Part shown: piece by piece, positions 10,456 through 22,069 of the stretch
How the letters are laid out: every line of letters starts with the position of its first letter
Numbering within the stretch: position 1 is the stretch's first letter
DNA from: Vicugna vicugna
Lineage: Eukaryota
Length of the DNA: 64,000 bases
Direction of reading: 5' to 3'
Assembly: GCA_013265495.1 (NCBI GenBank)
Contig: MU057822.1
Location: forward strand, 175,852-239,851
Notes under the pieces: generated by a model
What the model saw: only the letters and a program-made list of their open reading frames with translations
What the model was told of the DNA's origin: nothing
The model's database searches: none
Program-made: the position numbers and the translations under genes

Positions 10456-12984
10456 TTTCCAGAGGCATGAGCACCCAGACATGAGAGTGCCCGTGAGTGC
10501 CTCAGAGACAGGTCCCACTTAGTCCCATCTTAGCCCCACCTCCCTGAGGGTGGCAGGCTCTGGCTCTGTGCTAGGAGTCTCTGAAGCTAGGCCATGGGGT
10601 GCTGGAGTGGGGGGCGCTCAGCCTAATGCAGAGAGAGGAAGCGGGCCACTGGGCACCAGGCTCTATTGCCTGAAATCCCCTCAGCCCCTTGGTGGTATTT
10701 CAAAGTTAGTCAGGATGCGAGGCACCTGCTTCTCTGAGCTGTGAGGCTCTGGCCCTGTCATTACTCTGATTGAGTTATAGGATGGTTGAGGGCCGGGTCC
10801 TGAGCTGGACACAGAGTTGCTTCCCTAAGAGGAAACTATCACTGTCCCCATTATACAGATGTAGAAACAAAGGTCTGGCCACCCACGGTGGTGCAGCTGG
10901 AACTGGGGGAGCCAGGACTAGCATCCTAGGCAGAGGCAGCCCGCCCTCCACCCAGCGTCACAAGTGGGGCCCTGCAGAAACACCCCACAGCAGGAATAAA
11001 GGCCTACAATCCACGCCCCAGAGACCTGCCAGTCAGTGAAGAAAAACCAAAGAATCAGCGAATCAAAGTAAAAGTAAAAGATTTTTGTTCTGACATTCAC
11101 TTTGGACCCAATTGCCACAGAACCCAAATGCCCACTTGTACGTCTTCCCTTTCAGTATTTTTCATTACACAGATGAGACATAGTCATTGGAAAGAAACAG
11201 AAACACAGATAAGCAAGTTAAGTGGCTAAGTAAAAATGATCTCTAATTGCACTCACGTTGGGGAACGGGACTCTGCCCCTAGTTTTGGCTCCTCCCAGCC
11301 CGGTGCTGCTCTGTGGGCAGCCTGGGGCCAAGTGTGGGTCTGGCCTCCCAAAGACCTGCTTCCCACAAGAGAATTCTCCTTGCATGAGAATCACCTGCCC
11401 CCAGCAGTCCCCAGGCACTCCTGCCCCCAGGAGTCCCAGGGCCTCCCTCAACCCAATCACCTGGGCCGCTTCTCACACAGCCAGAGGAAGGGCCTCAGGC
11501 CGGCAGGACTCAGGGGCTGCGAGTCCAGCCAGGGCCTCTCAAGGCGGGTGACAGCGAGAGCAGGGCCCCCAGCCTGCGCAGCTGTGAGAGCACCACACCC
11601 CTGGTTGCCCCACTCTTGCCCTCTCCCCTCCTCTTCACGCCCCCTGCCTCCCCCGAGTCTGGGACCCTCAGCTTCAGCCTGATCCACCGCAGTAGCCTCT
11701 GATACACCTCCCTGTCTCCTTTAGCCTCCGATCTCCCCACTTGAAAAATGTTCCACGGCTCCCCATTTCCTCAGGAGAAACAGCAAGCTCCCAGCCTGGC
11801 ACCCAAGAAGACTATGATCAGGCCCCAAACCCCCTTTTAGAATAATTTCCTGCTTTCTTCCCCTCCCTCCAGCCCAGATCAGAGGTGCACTTTCGCCCCA
11901 TGTGCCTTGGCTCAGGCTGACCCCTCTCTCTGAATGCCCTGGCCTCACCCCATTCCTTCCCTGCCTTACTGGTTTTCTCAGCCTTCAAGACCCAAACCAT
12001 ATGCCCCTCCTCTGTGAATTCTGCCGGAAGCCTCAGTTTTTCATCCTGGGACTGCCCAGCTGATGCCCTCCCAGCTGTCCTGGATTAGAGTTACTCATGC
12101 ATGCGTTCTGTGTTGCCCTGAGCTTGTCCAAGACAGACACCCACCGGGTCTGGTGCTGTCTGTCTGCAACCTCTGAGTCCCAGTCAATCCATAGCTGCGA
12201 GCTGCTAACTGATGAATCAATATTCTGGCCTCAGGGATGCCCAGCTGCCACAGGAGCCCCCTCTGAGCTCCACGGCAGGTCTGTGCCTCCATCATCACGC
12301 ATCTCTCTGCCTTATGGGAGTCTTGTTAATGCGTTCCTCCCTCTGCCCCTTGAGATGGTCGTTCCTGAGTTCAGGAGCTACGAGGCTGACTTCCCCTCCC
12401 CTGGGTCCCCAAGGCCCACCAGAGGGTCCCTCCCACAGTGCTCAGTCCATCTTGAGTGAATCCGTGATCAAGAGAGAAGAGGTTGAATCTTGAATGAATG
12501 AATGAATGAGTGAATGAGTCAGTCAATGAGTGAGTGACATGAAGACAGTGCAAGCTGAGCCCTGGGGCCTAAAGGAAGGCGGAGTGTGCAAGGTTTGCAC
12601 ACAGCCTGCTGCCCCAGGAACACCCAGCCACCTAGTTCTTGCTTAGGAGCAGGGTCAGGCTCCTCTGTCCGCCATGAGCTCACCCCGACGTTGCACCCAG
12701 AACCACCAGAACTTTGCCCGATGCCCAGTCCTCCCTGCTGTCCTCACCCACCCATCCTCTGTCATGCAGCCACGCCTGTGTGCATGCTCTTAATTTGGGG
12801 CTGGATTGGGAACTCAGTTGGCCCTCCCCCCATTCAGGCAGAGCTTAAACCACCCCTTGGGGTGAGAACAGCATGGATGTGCTCCCCAAGAAGAAAGTTT
12901 TTTGGACAGAAGGCCGCTGTGGATACAGGACAGCCAGCAGGTAGATGGGCAGGTACCACCCAGGATGCCCGTCCCCTTCCTCAC

Positions 12985-13157
12985 CTGCGATACTGATGTG
13001 TCTTTGCCCCGGCTGGGGAGGCTAGGGGCATGCCCATGAAGTGCGGGGAGCCTGAGCTGGAGGGACCTCAGGGCCAGTCCCCAGGGCTGGGCTCAGGTCA
13101 GTGTCCCTCTCCGACCACTCTCGCCCCCTGGAGCCTGCCTCGCAGCTTCATGGGCAT
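12985..13157 (-). pseudogene. SPNS3: SPNS3 exon 1, disrupted by inversion-duplication
   Basis: Minus strand keeps ATGCCCATGAAG (13157-13146) and the exon end TATCGCAG/gtgagg (12992-12985, donor GT at 12984-12983). The intervening N-terminal codons MPMKCGEPELEGPQGQSPGLGSGQCPSPTTLAPWSLP read on the plus strand from 13030. Confidence 0.85.
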
Positions 13158-13194
13158 GCTCCCAGCCTCCCCAGCCAGGGCAAAGACACATCAG
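12993..13194. repeat. Inverted repeat: 49-bp arms (12993-13041 and 13146-13194) with a 104-bp spacer
   Basis: Direct comparison gives 46/49 identity between the left arm and the reverse complement of the right arm. Confidence 0.95.
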
Positions 13195-15091
13195 CTCTGC
13201 ACTGAGTCACCTCCAGTGGGGTCCCAGACTCCCAACCTCAAAGCAGCTTCCCTAACCACTGAGTATATTATCGCAGGTCCCTGTTGAGCCCCCTGCAGCC
13301 TCGCCGGTGAGATTTCACCATCTCCAGCCTCTGAGGCCTGCGGGGGGGAGGAGAGCTCCTGGCCGCGCCACCCAGAGTAAATGGCCCTTTTGACCTAGGC
13401 TGCAGCTGCCATGGCCGCAGTGAGGAAAAGATGCTTTGCACGACAGGAAGTGAGATGAGTCTCCCAGAGTCCTGTGCACTGTGAGAGGGTCTGTGAAGGA
13501 GGGACTCGAAGCCGGGTCAGATCAGGAAGGCTGGATGTGGGCCAGGAGAGTGCGCTGAGCTGGACCGTCAGAGGAGGCCAACACCTGCTCCTAACATCCC
13601 ACCTAGAGAAACAAAGACAGTGAGTGGCTGCCGAATGGGAAGGCAGCCTGTGGGCAAAACTCATTCATGGATGCAAAATCTGGGGGGAGGTTTTTGATGA
13701 GGGGCATGATATTGGCATGGTCTTCAAGTGTCTCCTTATGGATTGTTTATTAGTAGCAGGTGGGAGGAGGGTAACAATGCAGGAGACGAATTAGGCAACA
13801 TTTTGACGGAAGGACTAAAATGGCATTACCAGATCTTTAAGGGTTGGGGAAGGAAGTGTTTGGCCTTGGTAACCCTGTCTCGATGTGGTTCAAGAATTCT
13901 CCTCTGGTTCACCGTCACGGCCACGTATTTGTTCATTCCTGGAGCAGCCACTGTGCACATCCACAGGCTCACTAACTGCATGGATGGTCTTGGGGAAACC
14001 CAGGGAAGTTCAAAATCAGGGCCTCCAGCACGAGCACATGGCTGGCAGGCCGGTGCTGGCTTTGAGTCCTCTCCGCAGGACCGCCTGAGTGTCCTCACAG
14101 TCTGGCATCACGGCCAAGACCCTACTCCAGAGCTGGACTCACCACTCACCGACCCTCTGATCTTAGGCAAATCAACCTCTCTGTGCCTCCATTTCCTCAT
14201 CTATAAAATGGGGCTGATAATAGTACGTAACTCACAGCGTTGTTGTGGTTTAAATGAGTTTGAAAAGAAGTACCTAGACCTTCACCTGGTAAGGAAGAAG
14301 TGCTATGTCACTGTTTGTTAAATAAAATAGGGTTTTCCCCGGCACACGTAGATGAGGCTTTGGTCTCAGCCCTGCCCTCAGGGCTGAGGAGTGACCAGCA
14401 GAGCTATGTCCTCAAGTAGGAGTGAGAACCCAAGCACACAAGTGCGCACCTGCATTGCAACTAGTCAACACCAGGACAGACCTGCCACCATCTGGACGCT
14501 ACTGCCCCAGGCAAGGCTGGTCACAGTCATCCCTTTCTAGAGTCCAGCCCTCACTGTGCCAGCCCAGAAGGCCACCCTGTCTTGGCTTTCAGAGCAAAGG
14601 AGCAGCTGAAGGAGTCAGAATCCCCAGCATTAGTCAAATCCAGGAGGCTGGGTGTCAGCCAGGAGCACAGCATCGGAATACGATCAACTGCCCTGGACTC
14701 CTGGGCTTCCAAAGTCGGGATCCCTCCAGGGACCCAGGATTTGACCCCCAAAAGGGTTCTGGAAGAAGAGACTTTGTCCCAGAGGCATTTTAGGAACAAA
14801 TTGGAAGAACATCATGTTCCAGGAGCAGGAGGCCAGCAGGGGGCAACACAGTGTCCTAGATGACCAAGAAAGAATCCTGGGTTCCCACACCATGAGGCGC
14901 AAACAGGATGCCTTCCCACGCTTAGCCTCAGCTTCCCTATTTGGTCATTGGTGGTCATGGTGGCGGAGGGACTGGATGGCCCTCAGCTTCACAGTTGGTG
15001 TGTATGTCTCTCACTTGAAGGGTCAGGAAGTAGAAGGTTTCAGGCTTGGTTAACTCAGTAGCACCATGATGTCATCAAAGACACCAGTGTT

Positions 15092-15232
15092 AGAGGGGAA
15101 GGTATAGCCCAAGTGGCAGAGCGCATGCTTAGCATGCATGAGGTCCTGGGTTCAATCCCCAGTACCTCCTCTAAAAATAAATAAATGAATAAACCTAACT
15201 ACCTTCCTCCTCAAAAAAAAAAAAAAAAAAAA
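15092..15232 (+). mobile_element. tRNA-Ala-derived SINE (Vic-1-like)
   Basis: Consensus head, poly-A tail, TSD acca(g/a)tgtt. Confidence 0.9.
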
Positions 15233-15279
15233 ACCAATGTTTTCCATTTTTCCTCCCGGAAATCTTTATAGAGTTCACC

Positions 15280-15825
15280 TTTGAGTACATATCCATTGCT
15301 GCATAACAAACTTCCCCCAGTACGTGTGGCTTTAAGCAACAAGAGTTTTTTATTATCCCTCATGGCTCCGGTGGGTCAGCAATTTGGAAGCAGCCTATTG
15401 GCCATTCTGGCTCGGTCCCTCAGGTGGGTGCAGCGAGATGTCCACTGAGACAACACTCATCCGAAGGCTTGACTGGGGCTGGAGGGCCCCTTTCCTAGGT
15501 GGCTCACCCACGTGGCTGGCACACTGGTGCTGGCTGTTTGGTCCTCTCTGCAGGACTGCCTGAGTGTCCTCACAGTAGGGCAGGTGTCCTTGAGTGTCCT
15601 TACAGTGTGGTGGCTCGGTCCACCAGATGGAGCAATCCAATAGGGGCCAAGGCAGAGACGCCAATACCTTTCACAACCTAGACTTCTAGGTCTGTATTCT
15701 GCTGTGTTCTAGTCGGTCACACAGGCCAGTCCTGATTCACTGTGGGAGAGGACCACACGAAGGCATGAACACCAGGAGGCACAGCTCACTGAAGAGCCTC
15801 TTGGAGGCTGGGGACCACAGCCTTC
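15280..15825. mobile_element. MaLR LTR (MLT1-like)
   Basis: Recalled MLT1 motifs: ttgctgcataacaaac..., tgagtgtcctcaca, caggccagtcctgattcactgtgggag...catgaacaccaggagg. Confidence 0.65.
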
Positions 15826-15864
15826 ACCCACTTGTCATCTCACATACAAGAAGGAAAGAATGTG

Positions 15865-16327
15865 CAGCAACATGGATGGACCTAGAGATCATCTTTCCAA
15901 GTGAAGTAAGTCAGACACAGATAAATCTCATATGATATCACTTATATGTGGAATCTTAAAAAATGACAGAAATGAACTTATTTACAAAACAAAAGTAGAG
16001 TCACACAGAAAACAAACATAGTTACCAAAGGGGAGGGAGGGATAAATTAGGAGTTTGGGATTAACAGATACACACTACTATATATAAAATAAACAACAAG
16101 GTCCTACTGTTTAGCCCCGGGGAACTATATTCAACATCTTGTAACAACCTATAATAGAAAAGAATCTGAAAAAATAGATATATATTCTATTATTTTATAT
16201 ATATATATACACACACACAGACACACACACACACACACACACATACACATATACAACTGAAGCACTTTGTTGTACACCTGAAACTAACACAACATGCAAA
16301 CCAACTACACTTCAATTTAAAAAAAAA
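15865..16327 (+). mobile_element. LINE-1 3' end with internal (TA)n(CA)n microsatellite
   Basis: gcagcaacatggatggacctagag... through ctacacttcaatttaaaa poly-A. Confidence 0.85.
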
Positions 16328-17077
16328 GAAGGAAGGAGATTTCTCCTGAAATATGTTCATGTATATTTATCTGGGAGGAAAACCTTTCCCAGAAATCCCC
16401 CAGCTGGCATTCCTTCAGGACCCTCCAACCAGGTTTCAGCCACACGTCCATGCCCCCGGTGCAAAAGAAGCTGGGGAGGAGGTCACCATGGGAGGCTGCC
16501 TCCGTCAGTGAAGAAGAGGAAGGAAAGTAGCCGTTGGATGAGCAAATAAAGCCTTTCACAGATAGCTAACCACCTCGGTGCCTGAAAGGGTCGCCTGCCC
16601 CACAAGAGGAAGGGAGCAACCTCACTCCCAGGAAAAGGGGTGTCATGTGACCCCTTATGTTTGGAGAGTTTAAACAAGTCCTTGGTGTGGGTTCCCAAGG
16701 AGAAAAGGAAAACAAGTTCTGGATCTAGACAGCAGCAGATGCCAAAAACTGTCCAAACCCAGGGCTCCTGAAACTAGCAGTCACCCTAGCTGGTGGGAAG
16801 TATACAGGAAAGAGAGTTCATGAAATTGAGAGCCACAAGCTTGGAATTTCAAGCCTGGGAGCCTCCAGCTGACTTTAGCCCACATTCTCAGAGACACACC
16901 AGCATCATTCGCCAAGTCCTGCAGACAGGTTGGGACCAGGCTCCAATAGCGGCACCATGTGGCCATAAGGAGCAACAGCAGTCATGAACTACTCCAGGCA
17001 GTGTTAAGTTCCTGAAGTTCACAGATAATTCAGAGTGGGTCTCAAGATCCTGGATTTCTTGCTAATAAGACATGTGC

Positions 17078-18387
17078 ATCATGAAAAGATGCTCAGTGTT
17101 GCTAATTATTAGAGAAATGCAAATCAAAACTGCAATGAGGTACCACTTCACACACGTCAGAATGGCCATCATTAAAAAGTCTACAAGTAACAAATGCTGG
17201 AAAGGGTGTGGAGAAAAGGGAATCCTCCTGTACTGATGGTGGGAATGTAAACTGGTGCAGCCATTATGGAAAACAGTATGGAGGTTCCTAAAAAACTAAA
17301 AATTTGAGTTGCCATATGTCCAGCAATCCCACTCCTGGGCATGTATCCAGAGAAAACTCTATTTGAAAAGAAACATGTGCCCAATGTTCATAGCAGTACT
17401 ATTTACAATAGCAAAGACATGGAAGCAACCTAAATGTCCATCGACAGATGAATGGATAAAGAAGAAAAGAAGATGTGGTATACATACATAAAATGGAATA
17501 CTATTAAGCTATAAAAAAGAATGAAATAATGCCATTTACAGCAACATGGATGGACCTAGAGATTATCATACTATGTGAAGTAAATCAGACAGGGAAAGAC
17601 AAATACTATATGATATCACTTAAAAAGGGTGTGGAGAAAAGGGAATCCTCCTGTACTGATGGTGGGAATGTAAACTGGTGCAGCCATTATGGAAAACAGT
17701 ATGGAGGTTCCTAAAAAACTAAAAATTTGAGTTGCCATATGTCCAGCAATCCCACTCCTGGGCATGTATCCAGAGAAAACTCTATTTGAAAAGAAACATG
17801 TGCCCAATGTTCATAGCAGTACTATTTACAATAGCAAAGACATGGAAGCAACCTAAATGTCCTTCGACAGATGAATGGATAAAGAAGAAAAGAAGATGTG
17901 GTATACATACATAAAATGGAATACTATTAAGCTATAAAAAAGAATGAAATAATGCCATTTACAGCAACATGGATGGACCTAGAGATTATCATACTATGTG
18001 AAGTAAATCAGACAGGGAAAGACAAATACTATATGATATCACTTATATGTGAAATCTAAAATATGACACAAATGAACATATTAACAAATCAGAACAGACT
18101 CACAGACATAGAAAACAAACTTATAGTCACCAAAGGGGAATGGAGTTGGGGGAGGGATAAATTAGGAGTTTGGGATTAGCAGATATATGCTACCATATAT
18201 AAAGTAGATAAACAACAAGGACCTAGCATATAGCACAGGGAACTATATTCAATATCCTAGAATAAACCATAATGGAAAAGAATATGAAAAAGAATATATA
18301 TATGTATAACTGAATCACTTTGCTGTACACCAGAAACTAACATAACATTGTAAATCAACTATACTTCAATAAAAAATAAAATAAAAA
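17078..18387 (+). mobile_element. 5'-truncated LINE-1 (ORF2 C-terminus and 3' UTR) containing a 423-bp tandem duplication
   Basis: The peptide MFIAVLFTIAKTWKQPKCPSTDEWIKK (L1 ORF2 C-terminus) occurs twice, 423 nt apart; poly-A tail at about 18368-18387. Confidence 0.92.
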
Positions 18388-19446
18388 AGGGAAGACGGGA
18401 AAAGAGAAGGAAAGGAAGAGAGGGAAAGAGGAAGTGGGCAGAGTCTGATGGAAATGAGGAAGAGAATTTTCTAAACTCCTCCCTTCCCTCGTTCTCACTG
18501 TTCCCTGAGGGTTTGATATCCATTCATTGGCTTCATGATGCCTTCTCCTACTGGTGTTTCCAAACCCCTACTCAGAAGTCACCTCCTCTGGGAAGTCAGC
18601 AGGCTTGACTGAGTGCTTATCTTCTTTATTGGGATTTTCTGTCTTCCCCATGGGTCAGCGAGCCCCTAAAAGGAAAGGCACCCTTTCTGCCTCCTGCAGA
18701 GTCTGGCTCAGGCCTTGACCAGAGCAGGTAGACAGAAAGGGTGTTCTGAATGGATGAATGAAATAGGCTTCTCAGGGACCTCGGGGAGCCACTCCTGTAG
18801 TGGTGTTCACAGATCCCACCCTCTTTGGTATGGCCTGGGGTCTGAGGAGCAGGACACAGCCTAAGTGGTGGGCTGGAGCTGTTCACAGCATCACTCTGCC
18901 CTCCAGCACTGGAGGTCTGCTCCCACCAAGCAGAACCCCGACTCTCTCGATACGTATGTAGGGTGAACTGTTTTCCAGGGGACAACCTAGACCCTCATGC
19001 AAATAGACAACACCTGTCTTCCTCATGTACACGGGAAACACTGAAAGCTTCAGGAGGACATATTGAAACTCAAGCTGAGTCATCACTCCCAATGAAAGAA
19101 TTTGGAGACCCCAGCACTTGGGGCTCAAGTTCCAGTTCCAGCTCTGTGTCCAGGTGACTCATGTCAGCTGTAAGAAGAGGGAGTTTCTGGCTCCTGGCTC
19201 CTGTGAGATCATCCCACCACCAAGTCACTGGAGAGAAGAGGTCCTCACAGCTGCCCAAGAGAGCAGACACTGGAGACGGTAACTGCCCTACTCTTGGCCA
19301 CTTTCTCCTAGGAGTTAAAGTGGCAAAGAGGAGCCCATGGCCCTATACCAGGCAGCCTGAACTAATTAGCTATTGCTGCTTAGCAAATTGCCCCTAAATT
19401 TCATGGCTTAAAACAATAATAATATTTTTTATTATAAGAATGATAT

Positions 19447-19600
19447 GAGGGGAGGGTACAGCTCAGTGGTAGAGTGTGCACTTAGCATGCATGCACAGGG
19501 TCCTGGGTTCAATCCCCAGAACTTCCATAAAAATCAATAAATAAATAAAAACCTAATTACCTCCCTTCACACACACAAAAAAAATTAGGAAAAAAAAAGA
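19447..19600 (+). mobile_element. tRNA-Ala-derived SINE (Vic-1-like)
   Basis: Consensus head and A-rich tail. Confidence 0.85.
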
Positions 19601-20431
19601 AAATATGTGCAAGTCATATATCTGATAAAGAACTTGTCTCTAGAATCTATAAAAAACTCTTGCAATTTAATAATAAAAAGACAATCCAGTTTAAAAATGG
19701 GCAAAGAATCTGAATAGACAGTTTTTCAGAAAAGATATGCAAATGGCCAATAAACACATGAAGAGATGACATCATCATTTGTCAGGGAAATGCCAAGCGA
19801 AACCACAATGAGATACCACTTCATACCCCAGATGGAGTAGATAGTAATAGGCACTGGTAAGGATGAGGAGGAACTGGAACCCTTGGGCACCACTGGTGGG
19901 AATATGAAATGATGCAACTGTTTAAGAAAACAGTCTAGCAGTTCCTCGAACAATTAAACACAGTTACCAAAAGACCCAGCAATTTCACTCCTGGGTAGAT
20001 ATCCAAGGAAACTGAAAACATATATCCACACAAAAACTTGTACATGAATTTTCATAGCAGCGTTTTTTTGTAATAGCCAAAAGGTGGAAACAACCCAAAT
20101 GTCCATCAACAGACAAATGGATAAATGAAATGTGGTATATGCGTGCCATGGAGTATTATTCAGCGATAAAAAAGGAATGAATTCTTGATACATGCTACAA
20201 TGGGGGTGAATCATGAAAATATTATTAAGTGAGAGAAGACAGTGAAAGACCAAATATCATATGATTCCGTTTAGATGAAATGTCCAGAATAGAGAAATCT
20301 ATAGACAGAAAGTAAGTTAGTGACCACTTAGGGCTGGTGGGGGGTTAGGGGGATGGGGAGATAGGGGGTATAGCTAAAGGGCATAGGGCTTCTTTTTGAG
20401 GTGATGAAAATGTTCTAAAATTGACTATGGT

Positions 20432-20592
20432 TAGGGAGGGTATAGCTCAGTGGTAGAGCACATGCTTCGCATGCATGAGGTCCTGGGTTCAATCCACAGC
20501 ACCTCCATTTAAATAAATAAATACATACATAAATAAACTTAATCACCTCCCTCCCCTCAAAATTGAAATTATTATTTTAAAAATAATAATAA
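20432..20592 (+). mobile_element. tRNA-Ala-derived SINE (Vic-1-like) inserted in an L1 3' UTR
   Basis: Perfect 16-bp TSD taaaattgactatggt at 20416-20431 and 20593-20608. Confidence 0.93.
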
Positions 20593-22069
20593 TAAAATTG
20601 ACTATGGTGATGGTTGCACATGTCTGAATAGACTGAAAAAAACAAAAACAAAAAACTGCAGTTTATGCTTCAATTGGATGAATTGTATGGTATATGAATT
20701 ATATCCCAATAAGGTTGTTAAAATATTAGTAATTTATTATTTCATGGTTTCTAGGGGCCAGGAATTCAGAAGCAGCTTGGCTAAGCAGCTCTGGCTCAGA
20801 GTCTGAAGGTTTGGCTCAGGCTGGAGATGTTTCACTCACACAGTTAGCAAGATAGCGCTGGCTGTCTGATGGGAGGCCTCAGTTCCCCTCCAGGCAGCCC
20901 CTTCTACGGGGCTGATTGAGGGTCCTCATGGCATAGCAACTAGCTCCCCCTAGAATGAGCAACCCAAGAGACCAAGACGAAATCCGCAATGCCTTTTATG
21001 ACCGTGCCTTGTAAATCACTCTCCATCATCTTCACCATGTTCCACTGGTCCCATAGACCAGCCCCGATTCACTGGGGGAGGGGACTCCACAAAGTCATGA
21101 ATACAAGGAGGCACGGCTCCTGGGCAGCCACCCTGGAGCCTGGCTATCGTAACTAATTTCCCACTTTTCTGCAGACCACTGAGCCCCTCCCCACCTTCGT
21201 CATACCCCTCATCCCGGACCAGTTACCATCACCCCCTGAGCCCTTCAGCCGCTTCTCCTATTCTCTCTCCTCTATTTTGATCCAATTTCCTGTCCTTCAT
21301 CCCTCTGAGACCCGTGGTCCACCAGCACCAAATTCCCCTCCACTCTTCACTTCTATTTACAATCCCTTGACACCGTTTAGCCCCAAATGAACATAATCAT
21401 CACTTGACGACATGGCTTTCCCTGCGAACTCTCAGGAGGAAGGTGCTTGCTTTTATCCCCTCCTCCTCCTCCTTTCACAGAACCTTGGAGCCTGGTGGAT
21501 GTCTCTCCTGCTCTGCACGCCACTTCCACACCATCTTCCTTCCTTGTCTTTCAAAACCCCAGCTCCTGTGATGCTCACAGCGTCAGACTCAGCCCTGCAA
21601 AATCACTGTCCGTCCTCAGGCCTCCGTTTCCTTGTCTTGTACTCTTGCTCCTCTGTCCTTGGTTTTGTCGTCACCTCTCAGCCAAGACTGCTCAGGGTCT
21701 CAGCAGATCGAGGTCACCACATGGCCTCCTGATAGTCAGGCCAAATGACCTTATTGCTCCTGGCTTCTCAGCAGCAGAGGACCCAGCGGACCTCACCCTC
21801 TTTAAATACCTTCTTCTTCCAGCCTCTGTGACCCACGTGCTCCTCTGGTTTTCCTCCTGCCTCGGGGTCTCTGCTGTTTCTGTAGTTGAATTCCACCCTC
21901 TGCTGTCTGGATGTCCTGGGTCACCTGGACACCCAACAAGCATCGCAAACTCACCACAAAACAGAATTCTTGGTTCCTCCTCCCAAATTCCTCCTCCCTC
22001 AGTCTTTTCACACTACAAAGGCACCATCATCCACCCAGACACTCAAGTGAAAAACTGGATGAGCTTTTG

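Larger units (their letters stand above)
1586..13157 (-). pseudogene. SPNS3: SPNS3 (spinster homolog 3, MFS transporter), exons 1-7, apparently inactivated; remaining 3' exons expected left of the window
   Basis: Six internal exons with AG/GT boundaries translate to SPNS3-like peptides in the correct order. Exon 1 is rearranged, exon 3 has +2 nt and exon 5 has +1 nt. Head-to-head arrangement with UBE2G1 matches the recalled human synteny. Confidence 0.88.
19360..21150. mobile_element. Nested cluster: MLT1-like LTR split by an older L1 3' fragment (about 19600-20720, +) and two SINEs
   Basis: MLT1-like start tattgctgcttagcaaattgcccctaaattt...ggcttaaaacaat (19370-19420) resumes at about 20730 (atttattatttcatggtttctagggg); L1 ORF2/3' UTR motifs lie between. 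Confidence 0.7.

Noticed and set aside
13030..13287. 85-aa plus-strand ORF as a separate gene
   Set aside because: It is the inverted SPNS3 exon-1 fragment reading into antisense 5' UTR and promoter sequence; no supporting plus-strand exon structure was seen.
13728..14321. 197-aa plus-strand ORF
   Set aside because: Starts at a non-ATG codon, ends in MIR-derived sequence (SLCLHFLIYKMG) and has no recognisable domain.
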